NCBI GenBank assembly: GCA_035084275.1
Contig: CM068761.1
Span: 806,001-870,000, forward strand
Direction: 5' to 3'
Origin: Hydrolagus colliei
Taxonomy: Eukaryota
DNA length: 64,000 bases
Shown here: positions 11,966-23,912 of the stretch, piece by piece
Numbering within the stretch: the stretch's first letter is position 1
Layout of the letters: each line of letters starts with the position of its first letter
Notes under the pieces: model-generated
What the model was told of the DNA's origin: nothing
Seen by the model: the letters and a program-made list of their open reading frames with translations, nothing else
The model's database searches: none
Position numbers and translations under genes: made by a program

Positions 11966-12322
11966 CAACAACAACCAAATTACATTTATGGAGCACCTTT
12001 CACGTCGGGAGGACGTCCCAAGGCGCTGAAGTTCCGTGGAGGGCCTTGAAAGTGAGAAGGACGATTTTGAATTTTATCCACTTGAGGAATGGGGAGCCAG
12101 TGGAGCCAGGCGAGGGTCAGGGGTCATGGGGGGGGTCACACAGCCTGGTGCGAGATGCAGAGTTCTGGATGATCCGCAACTTGTGGCGGGAAGAGTTGGG
12201 AAGGCCAAGATGGAGGGGGATTCCGTAGTCGAGCCTTGAACTGACGAATGTGTGTATGAGAGGTTTGGTGGCCTGAAGTGCGAGGGGGTGGAGGAGGCAG
12301 GCAATGTTGCGGAGGTAGTGGA
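11966..12322 (-). mobile_element. L2 LINE fragment (RT C-terminal region joined to 3' tail)
   Basis: Minus-strand translation YLRNIACLLHPL..KPLIHTFVSSRLDYGIPLHLGLPNSSRHKLRIIQNSASR fits the L2 RT C-terminus; ends in an (AAC)n/(GTT)n tail. Confidence 0.9.
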
Positions 12323-13293
12323 ACCTCTATAGAGGCTGATCGATGCTTTAGCCAGGAGAAGGCTGCTCTGATATCTCCAGTGTGGTGTCTCCACCATGCT
12401 CCCATTCATGTTTCCACTTCATGAGGTCAATCCCCGCACTAAAAGTTAAGTGCCATTGAGAGCGATTGCTAACAAGAGAAGGACCCATCGGAAATGCTTC
12501 AAGACTTTTCAGGAGTTGTTTAGATTCCGTGCTCCATCGTCGGTCAAATCTTGTTCTCAGCAAATTAAGCAAAGGAGATTCAGGAATGAGGTGTAAATTA
12601 ATCTAGGGCACAAAGGAATTTTTCAGAAAGAGGGTGTGGGTGGGGGGGGAGATATTTTTCTTAGGTACGAAAAACTAATCACATACATTATTAGCATTTT
12701 CTCATGTTAAACCTTGCTGGGAATCTGCAGTCAGACGTGTGAAGCAAGCACCTCAAACACCTACTAGACTACTCCACCAGTCTGCACAAGACTTTGCAGT
12801 ACGATTCCTCAAAGGATTTCACACTACATTCCACATCTGTAATAAGATTAAAACGTTTAGGATTTTGTTTAGCCTTTATTTTCCTCTTTAATGAGCTTTG
12901 CCATCAGGACTGAAGTATAACTTCCTCCCCCAACCCTGGGGACCCATAGTCAAGGAGTTTCCCACAGGACTGAGCTCCTGATTTCATCCAGAGTCAGAAA
13001 TTACACATTGCGCAGAACGAGTGCCTGGCGACATTGTGTTTCTGGATGTCCTGAGATAGCCCCGAGTGTTTCCATTTCAATATCCTGAGAGGCTTGGATC
13101 AGCGCCTGCCCCGGAGCCTGTAACAGGTGGATGAGAGAACAGCCCTGAGGAGAACCCCACCTCCCCATGTTACTGTGAAGAGAGTGAGGGTTCTTTGTCT
13201 GGCTGCAGTGGTGAATGGTTGATGGGCGGTGGTCTGGCTGGGAGATGCGCAGCTTCTGACACTGCGACACCTTTCAGGACGAAGACAATTTTA

Positions 13294-13430
13294 TTATAGA
13301 ATTACACAACTCAGAAGGAGGCCATTCGGGCCATCGTGTCTATGCCAGATTTTTAAAAAGAGCTTTTTCAAATCAATCCCACTCCCGCCTCCGCGCTCTC
13401 CCTATAAATAGCCCTGCAAACCTTTCCTTC
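13294..13430 (-). mobile_element. CR1 3' end fragment
   Basis: ATAGAATT..GGAGGCCATTCGGGCCATCGTGTCTATGCC..AATCCCAC, the reverse complement of the CR1 3' UTR. Confidence 0.8.
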
Positions 13431-13459
13431 CCCAAACTTGACCACGCGCTATCCAATTG

Positions 13460-13660
13460 AAACATCTTAAAGTGCTTCTTCACAGGTAATCAGTGAAGTG
13501 CACTGAATGTTTTTTTGCAGGTTGACCAGGGCAGCGTTTAAATCAGACTAATGCTAGGAATTTAAATGATTTATGTGTCTGAAGGATTGTTGGCCAGAAG
13601 ACAGGCGGAAACTCCCTCTCCCTTTTCAGATAGCATCATGAGATCTTTAACCTCTATTTT
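13460..13660 (-). mobile_element. Deu-domain SINE relic (SacSINE1/AmnSINE-like)
   Basis: TTGGCCAGAAGACAGGCGGAAACTCCCTCTCCCTTTTCAGATAGCATCATGAGATCTTT is a reverse-complement homolog of 51950-52022 and resembles the recalled Deu domain. Confidence 0.55.
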
Positions 13661-13694
13661 AACAGATTGGACCTTAGCTCCCCCGTTACCCTAG

Positions 13695-13830
13695 TCCTTC
13701 AACCGCGCCTTCGGTCACCTTTCCACCCCTGTCCCTGGCTCGGTCCCGGGTTCCGTTGTTGTGAAGCGCTCTGAGACGCCGTCCGGTGTGGAGGGCGCTA
13801 TATAAATTGAAGTTGTTGTTGTTGTAGTTG
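13695..13830 (+). mobile_element. L2 LINE 3' end (second tail type)
   Basis: CCTTCGGTCACC (AFGH end of RT), then GTGAAGCGCTCTGAGACG..GAGGGCGCTATATAAAT..(GTT)n. Confidence 0.8.
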
Positions 13831-14857
13831 TGTGTCTCACTTGAAACACTAGTCTGTGTGAGAATCCTTTCTATTGACTATGTCAGGGGCTGCTTACCAA
13901 TGTGATGTTCTTTGAGGCTTCAAAGTGGCAACTGGGGGGAGAAACACGATTTGAAAGAATTCTGTTGGAATCAGGGTATTAAACGTAGTGGAGAGTAACA
14001 GTCTGTAAATGCAAAATGTCACAAATCTGGCCTCCTTCGTCCTCCTGCACATGACCTACATTGGGCTTAATAAAATAAGTGTTTCTGTTCAGGACTTTGT
14101 TTTGAGAATTCATTGTGTTGCAGTCAGTGGAATAATATTGCGGTCTTTGAGATAATTGCAGTTGTTTTTACGCAGTCTTCAGAACAAAACCAGCTGAAAG
14201 CTTTGAAATAAACAGCTTTGAGGTGTTTCACACTCACTCCTCATTATCAGATTCTTTGAATAAACGTGTTTGTTCCTGCTCGCATAAAGGCGAGAAATCT
14301 CACACCTGATAAAACTACAGCTTGGGTTTCTGGCTGCAGCCCAAAGATACAATCTCATACACTGCCGAGCAAAGACAGAAGTAGCAGAATTATCATTGTT
14401 GATCTAACCAGAGCCCCGCTTTACACAAGCAATGTGAAATCTACAACGAAGCTCACAGGGTAACCACAACACAATGATCTCTCCATTAGCCTGGGTGTGA
14501 ACAGCCAGCCTTGTCAGGGGCCTGCTTCAGTACATGCCCCTAATCTTATTTTAATACTCATCATTCCAAATTTATGGGCCATTTAACACGCCTCCCAGTG
14601 CCACTGCTGTAGGAAACACCTTGTTTATATTGCAGGACACAAAACCATTGCCCAGATTGACTCGGTTTAAAAAGAAGCCGTGAACTTGCAGCTTACCTGA
14701 GGTCTCCGCTGCCTCAGGTGAGCTGAGGAGGGTTGTCTGACTGCATAGGAGCTCAAGAGCCTGATACAGGGCGCCTTTGGTTGCTGTTGTCTGCGATGAC
14801 CAGAAGAACAACATGTGCACAGAGACATGCTTTCTTCCGACTGACAAGCCGGCCAGC

Positions 14858-15181
14858 ATAATAATAATAATCCTTGCATTTGATATAGCGCTTTTCACAT
14901 CTTATCAACATCTCAAAGCGCTTCACAGAATATACTGTAAAGTGAATTGACTGTACATTTGTGGGCGAAACACGGCAGCCAATTGCGCACAGCAGCGTCC
15001 CCCACAAACAATCGTGGATTGAAATGACCAATTTTTATTAATGTGGTTCTTTGGGGAGGGATTATTATTAGGCACGTGTGTGTGGAGTAAGGAAACTTGC
15101 CCAAGGTTTCGCCCTGACCTGCCTGGATTTGAACACGGGTCTCACGCTTGTAAGGCGAGTGGTCTCACCACTGAGCTACAG
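14858..15181 (-). mobile_element. Full-length tRNA-headed SINE with L2-type tail
   Basis: Minus strand: TGTAGCTCAGTGG (A box), GTTCAAATCC (B box), family body, (ATT)n tail. Confidence 0.95.
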
Positions 15182-17594
15182 CAGCTCCAAGATCCTCCCA
15201 AATTATGCACTTTATAAAAAAAAATCTTGTCTCTTTCATCAAATGTACTGGATGCATGATGATGGCGTCCACCATTCCGGGGTGGAGAAAATAGTGCCAG
15301 GTTCTCTCTCTGTATTCAGGTGGGGGGGTGGGGGGGGGGGGGGCAGGAGATGGGGAACAGCCCAGGAGAAGTGTCTGATTCTCAAGCGCAGCTTCCACTA
15401 CTTAAATAAAGCCAGTTGGGAAAACAAAGGCGTTTTGTTTCAAGCAGTTGTGTAGCTGCCATTCAGTGTCTTCAGGAGGGGAAGGGGAGAAACCCTGCTT
15501 TTGAAAAATCCCCACAAGGTCGATGCACTCCTTTTGTGCCTGATTTTCTTCACTGTTAATTTCTTTTCCCAACAAATCAATCGGCCGCTTGCCTCTCTCG
15601 GAGGCCGGGTGTGCCTGCCGGGAACCTTGCTCCCAAAGCACGGTGATGGGCTTCTCTTGGCCGGCAGCCAGTGTGAGATCTTTCCCTCTACCTCATGTGG
15701 AGCCGCCTAGCCCTGTGATTGGCACCTCGCACGGCAGCACAACACAGAAGATCTCCCATTAAAAAAAAACAGTCGCGTCACTGTCTCTGATCACAAATTA
15801 TACAATGTTTTCCCCCCAGAGTACGTACAGAATATTGTCTTCTCTCTCCACTTACCCCCCCAAAAAAATCCTTCATTTAGTCTGGAGGTCAGGCGGGCAC
15901 TTTGGGTGGTGACGGGAGATAGTGCGTGAATTTTGTCGGAGCCCTTACACATTTAGGTTGCAGCGATTCAGATGTGTGAAGCATTTGAGTCATTTTTGGT
16001 GCGTGAAGATCCTATAACAAATTCAGGATCGGTTTCTTCCTTTCTCTGGCCCGTGTTCAATCAGACCGTGACAGCGTCAGAATCTTACTGCCAGTCCATT
16101 CGGACGTTTGAAGCGTCTTGCCTGTATCTGGGAAATGTAGATAGATCGCAGCTAGGCACGTTACTGTGGGCTGATTGTTAAAAACCCCATCAACAATGAC
16201 CTCAGAATAAATGGAACATTACAATGGGCGATGGTGTGCTCAAATTGGTCTTTCACTCATGAGAAGGATCTTCATCGGCCCTCTCGTCCCTGTGGTGCTC
16301 TTGAATTATGTGTCTTTCACGTTTATGAAAGAACAGTATGAACAGATTGTTGCCCATTTCGACAGCTAGGATTTGTTTTGCTTTGGTTTTTATACATCCA
16401 GAGAGAGGTATGTGACAGGGTGTTGTGGCTGTGCCAAATATCTGTCATATTTTATAAGACAGTGAATTACAAAGACTATGTACTGTACCAGGCAACCAGA
16501 TTAGGAGCATTAATGTGGGCCCGCTATACATCTCGGTCTTGTTTCTCATTCCGTGCCTCCTCACCCACACCCCAAAAATAGTTTTAATGATGCCATTATA
16601 CAGTCGTCAACTCCCTGAAGTGTTGTACAGCAACGGCTGCGACTTAACGTAGGAATTTTCTCCCAGTTCTGTCGCAGACTGTAAAAAAAAACAGCTCTCG
16701 ATGTGTTCAGATGGGCTGGATTCTCACCGCAAAACCCTCGCAAAATCATCTTCCTACATTTCAGACGAGTTTAGAGCAACAACATCGTCTTTTCCCAAGG
16801 GTATAATCAGTCTGCTGTAATATATGTAAGATGTAATTTAGGCTTTTTTTTATTATACACTGACAGAAGTGCTGAAACTCCCAGCTCTAAAGGCATTCCA
16901 AAGTTTACAAAAACGCAAAATACTGCAGATGCTGGAAGTTTACAATCTAATCATTACAGAGTTTTAAAGACGAAAAGTGTAACTGAAGTGTGAACATTTT
17001 TGCTTTCAATTTAATGCGGAGCTAGCACTAATTCGCAGCCTGTAATTTCTCTCAAATGCTGAATCATTATCTGATTGGCTTTGTTGCTTATTGTGGAAGG
17101 AAATCGTTTTTTAAATGCAGTTTTTATAAACAAATGTATTTGGGTAAATGCGGCAATTTAGTCTATTTATTTATTCATTTACAAGTCGTCTACATTTCTT
17201 TCTTTCTTCACCGTTTATCTCCTTCCTGTTGCAAGACTGTGCTGTCTGTGAGGGGTGGATGTCCTTTGAAGAAATTAGTGAAATAATTCCTTCAAATGTC
17301 TCCATACCCCTCCATTAGTGCCACTGTTCCAATCACAAGGAGCCTCTCTTCGATAACTCCCATTGAGAGAGGACTCTTTCGGCTGGTTGTAGAGTGTTAA
17401 AGGTACAAGGGTAGAGTTACTACACAAGTGCCAGTCAAGCTGCAGCCAGCCAGACCACTTGTCTCGAGCCCAGGCGATGAGCGATGAGGATAGTCCTCTC
17501 CTGACCCAGTACAGGGGCTCAGTAAAACTGGTTCATATTTCTCCCTCTCTTTGCTGAAGCCAAAATTGTATTTTCAAATGTTTGGCTGACATCA

Positions 17595-17680
17595 ATTAAA
17601 TCAGCCCAGACTTGGATCAAGCCTTGAATACTCCTGCTCTCTGTGGCTCAGCTCCACTTGCAGCAATGCGTGTTTCAATC
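17595..17680 (-). mobile_element. LF-SINE-like relic (head region)
   Basis: TCAGCCCAGAC..GGATCAAGCCT..CTCCTGCTCTCTGTGGCTCAGCTCCAC, similar to 53610-53670. Confidence 0.4.
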
Positions 17681-18544
17681 CGGTCATCCGGGAGACTGGA
17701 ACGTGGTGTTTGGACAGAGTTATTTAGTTAGTCAGAATTGAATCTGATTCAACCAACACCTTGGTTTCCTTTGCCTGCGATACTTGGTTCATACAGTATC
17801 CCATTATCCGCCGATGCATGCAGCAGTGTCGTGGAGACAGGTGGGAATTAGCCTCACCGTTTAGCAGCCTGACTTGAATTGTCTTATTTTGGAGCAGATT
17901 TCTTGTCTTCTCCTTTGGAGCCCAGTTTCATAACACGAGTTGAGTAAATTTGTATAATCTCCAGTCGTATCGGCCTGCCACACACCCAGAGTTGTCGGTG
18001 TACGTGTAGATGTCGAGAAAGCTCACTACACTCCAGCTGAAAAATGCAATAAAACGATAACAAGTGAGACAAATAAATCAATTCCCAAATTCACAACAAC
18101 GAATAATGCTTGCAGTGAGTGTGTGTGTGTGTGTGTGCAATACACAATCTCCTTGGATTGTACTCTGTTAACTGTTAGCCCCATTGTGCTGCTCGTCCGC
18201 AAAAAGAATCGCTGAGAAAATCTGAAGCTGGTCATTGTGGCACCTTTTGGGTTGGTTTTATCATTTTATTTCCCCTCCCCTCCCCCCCAATAAACCCGCT
18301 GCCTCACCAGCCAGAATAAATGATCCAATAAGTCTCTGGACTAACACCCAAAGAGGTGTTGCATTGGTCTGGATGGATCTCCACCGAATGGATAAAGCCT
18401 CTGGCACTGACTCGATGCTTTGGGTTCTGTGCAGAATCCAGTGATTTTCCCTGTGGCGATTGGTATGTGGAGAAGAGCTACAAACGATGACTCGTGCTAA
18501 TGATCTTGCGGAGCCTGTGGGGAGTGTGAGTGTGATTGAGTTGC

Positions 18545-18620
18545 CAAAAGAGCGACCACTTAGCCTAAGTGCTGGAGAGCTGCCAGGACCTGTGGAACCA
18601 CACCTCAGCTTTCAGGAGTA
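18545..18620 (+). mobile_element. LF-SINE-like relic (3' part)
   Basis: CCACTTAGCCTAAGTGCTGGAGAGCTGCCAGGACCTGTGGAACCAC aligns with the reverse complement of 58385-58430. Confidence 0.55.
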
Positions 18621-19049
18621 CCGGGAACAGACCTGGACACAAGAGAATAAGTATTTTGGACCTGCTTTAAGCAGGTTTAAGTTGTTCTCTCATAGGTAAT
18701 AACTATTAATTGTCAAGTGGGTGGGGGTGGGTCTAGACTGCCGTAGACATGTCCAGTCCACAGTGCCGCACTTGAAAACACTCCTACAATTACCCAGTGT
18801 TAGGAATGGAGCAAAATGCTTTCCTTCTCAATCACTGCGCTCACTTGGTCTTTCCTGGGGGCATCTCTCACTTCCTGGGAAATAAAATCTTGGAGCTTTA
18901 TTAATGGATACCTATCGGTGTGAAAAGTTGGTTGCCCCTCCTCTCACATCCCTCAAGCTCTGTGGCTCAACTCAGTGAAGGCCCAGACGGGGCAATGCGG
19001 ATTCAGCATGGGCTTCTCGTGAGGAAACGTGGGCATTGTTTGTCTCCCC

Positions 19050-19349
19050 AGCACTCGCCTTGCAAGCGAATGCTCTAACTGACCTCGATTCAATTCCCAG
19101 CAGGTCAGGGCAAAACGGCAAGTTTCTTTACTCCACACACCTAATAATAATGCCTCCAAAAAAACAATAATAAATGTGGTTATTTTCAATCCCAAGACTG
19201 TTTGTGGGAGACCGCTGAACAAAATTGGCTACTGCGTTTTGCCCACAAATATACAGTCAAGTCACTTCACAGTATATTCTGTGAAGCGCTTTGAGACGTC
19301 GGGAAGATGTGAAAAGCGCAATATCAATTGCAAGGATTATTATTATTAT
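19050..19349 (+). mobile_element. Near full-length tRNA-SINE with rearranged head
   Basis: CTCGCCTTGCAAGCGA anticodon arm, body and (ATT)n tail. Confidence 0.92.
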
Positions 19350-19646
19350 CAAAGATAGCTGGTGCAATACAAGAATTATATACATTGCAGGAGTCTTAAA
19401 AATTGTTATTCGAATTGAATTTAGAGTTATCTTAATTCAAGCAGTTTACGGTATATCACAGGAGCTACCAACGAGAATCCAATGTCCACAAACTGGAAAA
19501 GAATGGGTTTGCACCTAATATTGACTGAGTGTAATACGCTTTCCTCCTGACCACAAGCCTCAGCACCATAATCCAACATCTTTGGGCAAATGTAATTGAA
19601 AGTTATATAATAAATTGCACCTGAATGCTATAGGCTGTGCGGAAGA

Positions 19647-20160
19647 GTTCATTTTAACAACCCGGATCTAATGGCTGTTCTACAATATGTAAAAGAGCGC
19701 GCAATAGCCATTAAGGGAGCAAAACGCACCCAATGTTACCAACTTCCATCTTGCGAGTGTCGTTGCAAACTATCATTTTGTGCTCACAAGTTACCAATGA
19801 AAGATCTGCAGTCAGCAGGGAAGTTCACTCAGAGCTGTAGTGTTATCAGGGTGGGGAAACAACAACTGCCTGGTATACCTACTTTTATTGTCCGATAATT
19901 CAGTGATTCGGGATCCTCTTTATGAGAACTGTAACCACTGTATTAACCACTGTTTCCCCTCCCTGATTTCACTGCAGCACTGAGCTTCCCGACTGTCTGC
20001 AGATCCTCGATTAGTAACTTGTGGGCACAAAATGATGGTTTGCGTTGACGCTCGCAAAATGGCAGCTGGAAACACTGGGCACATTCTGCGCAGTTAGGGC
20101 TATTGTGTACTCGTTTAGATATTGTAAAACAACCATTAGATCACCATTGTTAAAATAAAC
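19647..20160. repeat. Long imperfect inverted repeat (~210-bp arms, ~90-bp spacer); probable old foldback/MITE element
   Basis: 19647-19861 aligns along its length with the reverse complement of 19951-20160 (e.g. ATCATTTTGTGCTCACAAGTTAC / GTAACTTGTGGGCACAAAATGAT; GATCTGCAG / CTGCAGATC; GGGGAAACA / TGTTTCCCC). Confidence 0.92.
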
Positions 20161-20563
20161 GCGGCTGTGATTATTTAATTGCTTGACAAGTAAATGATTG
20201 TGTAAGTAGTGAAGTGCTTGAATAAAAGAATAATTAGTTTAAAGTTATCTTAATTCTTGCCACATTTGCAGTGCACCGTGTATTAGCTTGAGAGCACAGA
20301 ATTACATGACTGGACTTAATTCACTTTTCTAACGCTGCTGTACTTGCTGAAGGAATGAGGTGAGGAACTTGGTTATTTAAATGCCGTCTCTATGCCAATG
20401 TCTGACCTGAGATTTCAGGATTTTATCCCACACGTCGTCTAAACTGTAGCGGCAAAAATGCTTATATTTCCAACGCTCTAAAATTTGTTATCTTTGTTCA
20501 ATAAATAGGTTTGGACTTTTCTTTATCCAAAAAAGAGATGCTAGTTTCTCCCCGTGCAATCAC

Positions 20564-20650
20564 TGTACAGTCACTTCACAGTGTATTCTGTGAAGCGCTT
20601 TGAGACGTTTCGGAGACATATTAAGGCACTGTGTCAAATGCAAGGATTGT
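20564..20650 (+). mobile_element. tRNA-SINE 3' fragment (a second tail fragment at ~20759-20815)
   Basis: CACTTCACAGTGTATTCTGTGAAGCGCTTTGAGACG..TCAAATGCAAGGATT. Confidence 0.85.
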
Positions 20651-20837
20651 TGTTGCCCTGGCCAACAATCCTCCTGTTAAATTGGTCATTCCAGCTCTCC
20701 TGGCTTTTTTGTGTTGTGTGGGCTGTGTTTGCCTACAAATACATCCCACGATAATTACCGTGAAGCATTTTGAAGTCTTTTGATATGATAAGGCGCTAAA
20801 TCAAATGGAAGGGATATTCGTAGAAGTGTTAGACTCG

Positions 20838-20932
20838 TGTTCCTTTCTCCATAGATCTTGCCTGACCTGCCGAGTGTTCTGAGAGGTCGGGCAGCATCTA
20901 TGGAGAAACGAAAGTGAGCGATTTCTGTTTTT
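20838..20932. mobile_element. Penelope-like repeat fragment in head-to-head inverted arrangement
   Basis: Both arms match the CTCCATGGATGCTGCCTGACCT segment of 39783-39918, in opposite orientations. Confidence 0.7.
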
Positions 20933-21365
20933 GTGTTAGTCTTAAGTGTGTTCCCGCAGTTTCCCATTGCTTCTGGCTTTCGTAGCTGTGCTTGACTCTC
21001 CGTACACTGGCTTTCTACCACAGAACAAAATCTTACTAACTGTTAATATCTAGTGTTGATTACTCATACTGGCACCTGGGGTTTCCACTGTGGCATTTTC
21101 TGGGGTAAGTAATAGCTAAGTGAAGTTCCTGCGCAAAATATTCGGTTTGTGTTTCCGTGGAACAGTCACTACTTTCTACCATATTTAAAACTTTCACTTT
21201 CATGAGGTTCAGTGGGAACTCTGCACCCTCAGCTCAACAAGACCACAGCGCAGCAGACTGGTACCTGGTTACTAACTGATTGCTCACTTATGGAGATCCT
21301 GATGACCACATCACCAAGAGGAGATGCTGACTGGAAGCCAGACAGCCTCCCAATGGGGGAAAGAG

Positions 21366-21400
21366 AGTTAGAGATGGCACCTTGAGTGCCATCTCTAACT
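21366..21400. repeat. Perfect 15-bp inverted repeat with 5-nt loop
   Basis: AGTTAGAGATGGCAC-CTTGA-GTGCCATCTCTAACT. Confidence 0.95.
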
Positions 21401-23467
21401 GGTGACTGGTGACGCCCCATTATAGCAGCTATCCTGCCTGCTGGGCAATGCTGTAGTGGGTGGTTCAGGAAGTAAGAGAAGCGGAGAAAGCTATGCCTTT
21501 TCTCCCCTTTAATCTCTTTACCATCTGCGAGCGACAGGGCTCTGTGACACAAACACTGCAACCCAGCTGCTGACACTAAGGCGAGAAGCTGCTGTTGGTG
21601 GGACATGGAGCATAGATGGCCGTTGATCTCAACAAGTCTGCTCCCACCAGCTATGGATTGGCACCATAAAAGACTTTACAAGGCACCTGAGGGAGGTTCA
21701 GTGAAGACAGTTTAGCTTTGCGCAGATTGAGTTGAGTTGTGTTTTGCTGGGCTCTTGGATTTCGATGTATATTTGGAAGGGAGAGGACAGTCTCTGATCT
21801 CCTTTAGTTTGGATCTGAGCTCCGTAACAGTACAGGCCTCAATTAAATGTTAAATTATTCTCCTGTTTGATCGGTGAAAGTGTTCCACAATGACTAATAT
21901 AGCTCATTTTGGTTGTTTGATCAGAGATTGAGTTCTGTGGGATTTCATTACTGATTTGAAATGTCAGATATTAACCAAATGACTGTATACATGCTTGATG
22001 TTGATTCTATCTCTAGGCAGCTTTCTGCATTCAGCCAAACTGTTCTGACTCACACATTTACATATCAGCATTTCTGTATATATATATATTAAAAAAACTC
22101 CATCACAGCATGCAGTTTGTCTCTGTGGAAAGTGTAACCATTAACCCTTTTCATTTGATTTTCCTTTGTATTTCTGTTCTCTTATACCTAAGAAAACATT
22201 AGTCTAACTGGGGAAGAAGCACTGAGCATAGTAAAGAGTGGGTAGGGAATGAACTAAACAAGTGAGAGACTTTGTATTGTTTTATATACTCCCTCCCTCC
22301 ACAGATGAAAATATAATCCTTTCTGGATTATATATTTTTTTTAAAAAGGCTTTTCTTTGATTTGTGTCAAGTGTGTTGATGTTTTACCATGTTGCTGTCA
22401 TGTCTGATAGCACAGGTTCTGTGTTGAAGCTGACAGTTCCTGAATAAAAGCTTTACACGCCACCATTAGCCAGTTAGGCCGACGTATTAAATAGCTTGCA
22501 GTTCAGTTGCCTTTGGTGGATCATCGTGTAAATGCACGGCGCAGTGGGCTGCTGTGTTAGGGTGAGACACCGGCGCTGGCTCCTTGGCTTGTAATGTGTT
22601 GCCTTGTCTCTGTTGAGCCACTTGTTTGGGTAGAAGTCTACAGTCATGCCCAGTCTCTCCAGGATGGGAGGTGGAAAGAGAATAAAACCTACCAGAGCTC
22701 CTGCCACCAATGTAGCTGGCGGATGCTTCGCGAGGACAGAGTCAGACTGTTTGTGGTGTGGTTAGTGGTGGTGAGTGACATATCGAGAGAGGGCTGCTCA
22801 GATAAGGTCCTGGGAGGGAGTCCGTGTCGAGGTGGCAAGTAAAAGAAAACCATTCGGAAGACGGGACGATCCCTCAAACCCAGAAGGTCCCAAGATGAAT
22901 CATTGTTCTTTACTGAGTTAGACGATCAGTCAGTGGAGTGATGAGGAGCAGGATCTATGGTTGATTCTCTCTCTTTTCTCCCCCCTCCCTCCACTACCCC
23001 ATATTATAGACATGGTTTGGGAGAGTGCCCACGTGACCATAACCTGGTAGAGAAGAAAACATCAACACCTGCAGGAGAGCATTGGGGGAGGGGAACAATC
23101 TATGTACTTAAAATACTTAAGGCTGTGCTTGCTTTCTGCATTTAGTAATTTATTTACATACACAAGTACTGGTCTTAAAAAAAATATAGATTTTTGGCCT
23201 GGGAATTGAGCTAATGTCCTTTAGTAATGGCACAGCAAGCTTTGTAAATTAAAAAGAAATTGACCTTTGCTTAATGAGGATTATTGTTGATTTCAGCTTC
23301 CATGGTCCTTCCTGTGAACATCCTGTTGGGTGTTTGATGGGAAAAGGCACAGAGGGGAGGCAGCTGTTTTGTCTGTGGGCCTGCTCCTTTCCTTTGTTTG
23401 CACTAAATGTTCATCTACTGCATCAAATTAAACAAACCAGCTTCAAACAATATTTGGGAGTCATTTG

Positions 23468-23912
23468 GCTTAGTGGTTAAGCCCACTTGTCTCACAAGGG
23501 AGAGGACCTGGGGTCAATTCCCGGTCAGTGCGAAACATTGGGCAAGTTTCCTTACTCCATACACATCTTGTTCACCTACCAGTAAATTGGGACCTGGTTG
23601 TGAGTTGATTGGCAGACTATTCCGGGAGTAGTAATAATCCTTTCCCAAAAATAATTGGTCACTCCATCCACGACTTTTTGTGGGACACTACTGTGTGCAA
23701 TTGGCTGCTGCATCTCGCCCATTATATATGTGTGTGTGTGTATATATGTATATACACAGTCAATTCACTTTACAGTATATCAACAACAACAACTTCGATT
23801 TATATAGCGCCCTCCATGCCGGACAGCGTCTAAGAGTGCTTCATATCTTGTTAAGATCTTTGAGATGTCTCAAAGCCATGATAAGGCGCCATATCATAAT
23901 GCAAGGATTATT
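23468..23912 (+). mobile_element. Diverged full-length tRNA-SINE with an antisense L2 tail inserted at ~23781-23843
   Basis: Head GGCTTAGTGGTTAAG..GGGTCAATTCCC, body and tail; the insert (CAA)n..TTTATATAGCGCCCTCCA..AGAGTGCTTCA is the reverse complement of the tail at 13760-13825. Confidence 0.85.
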
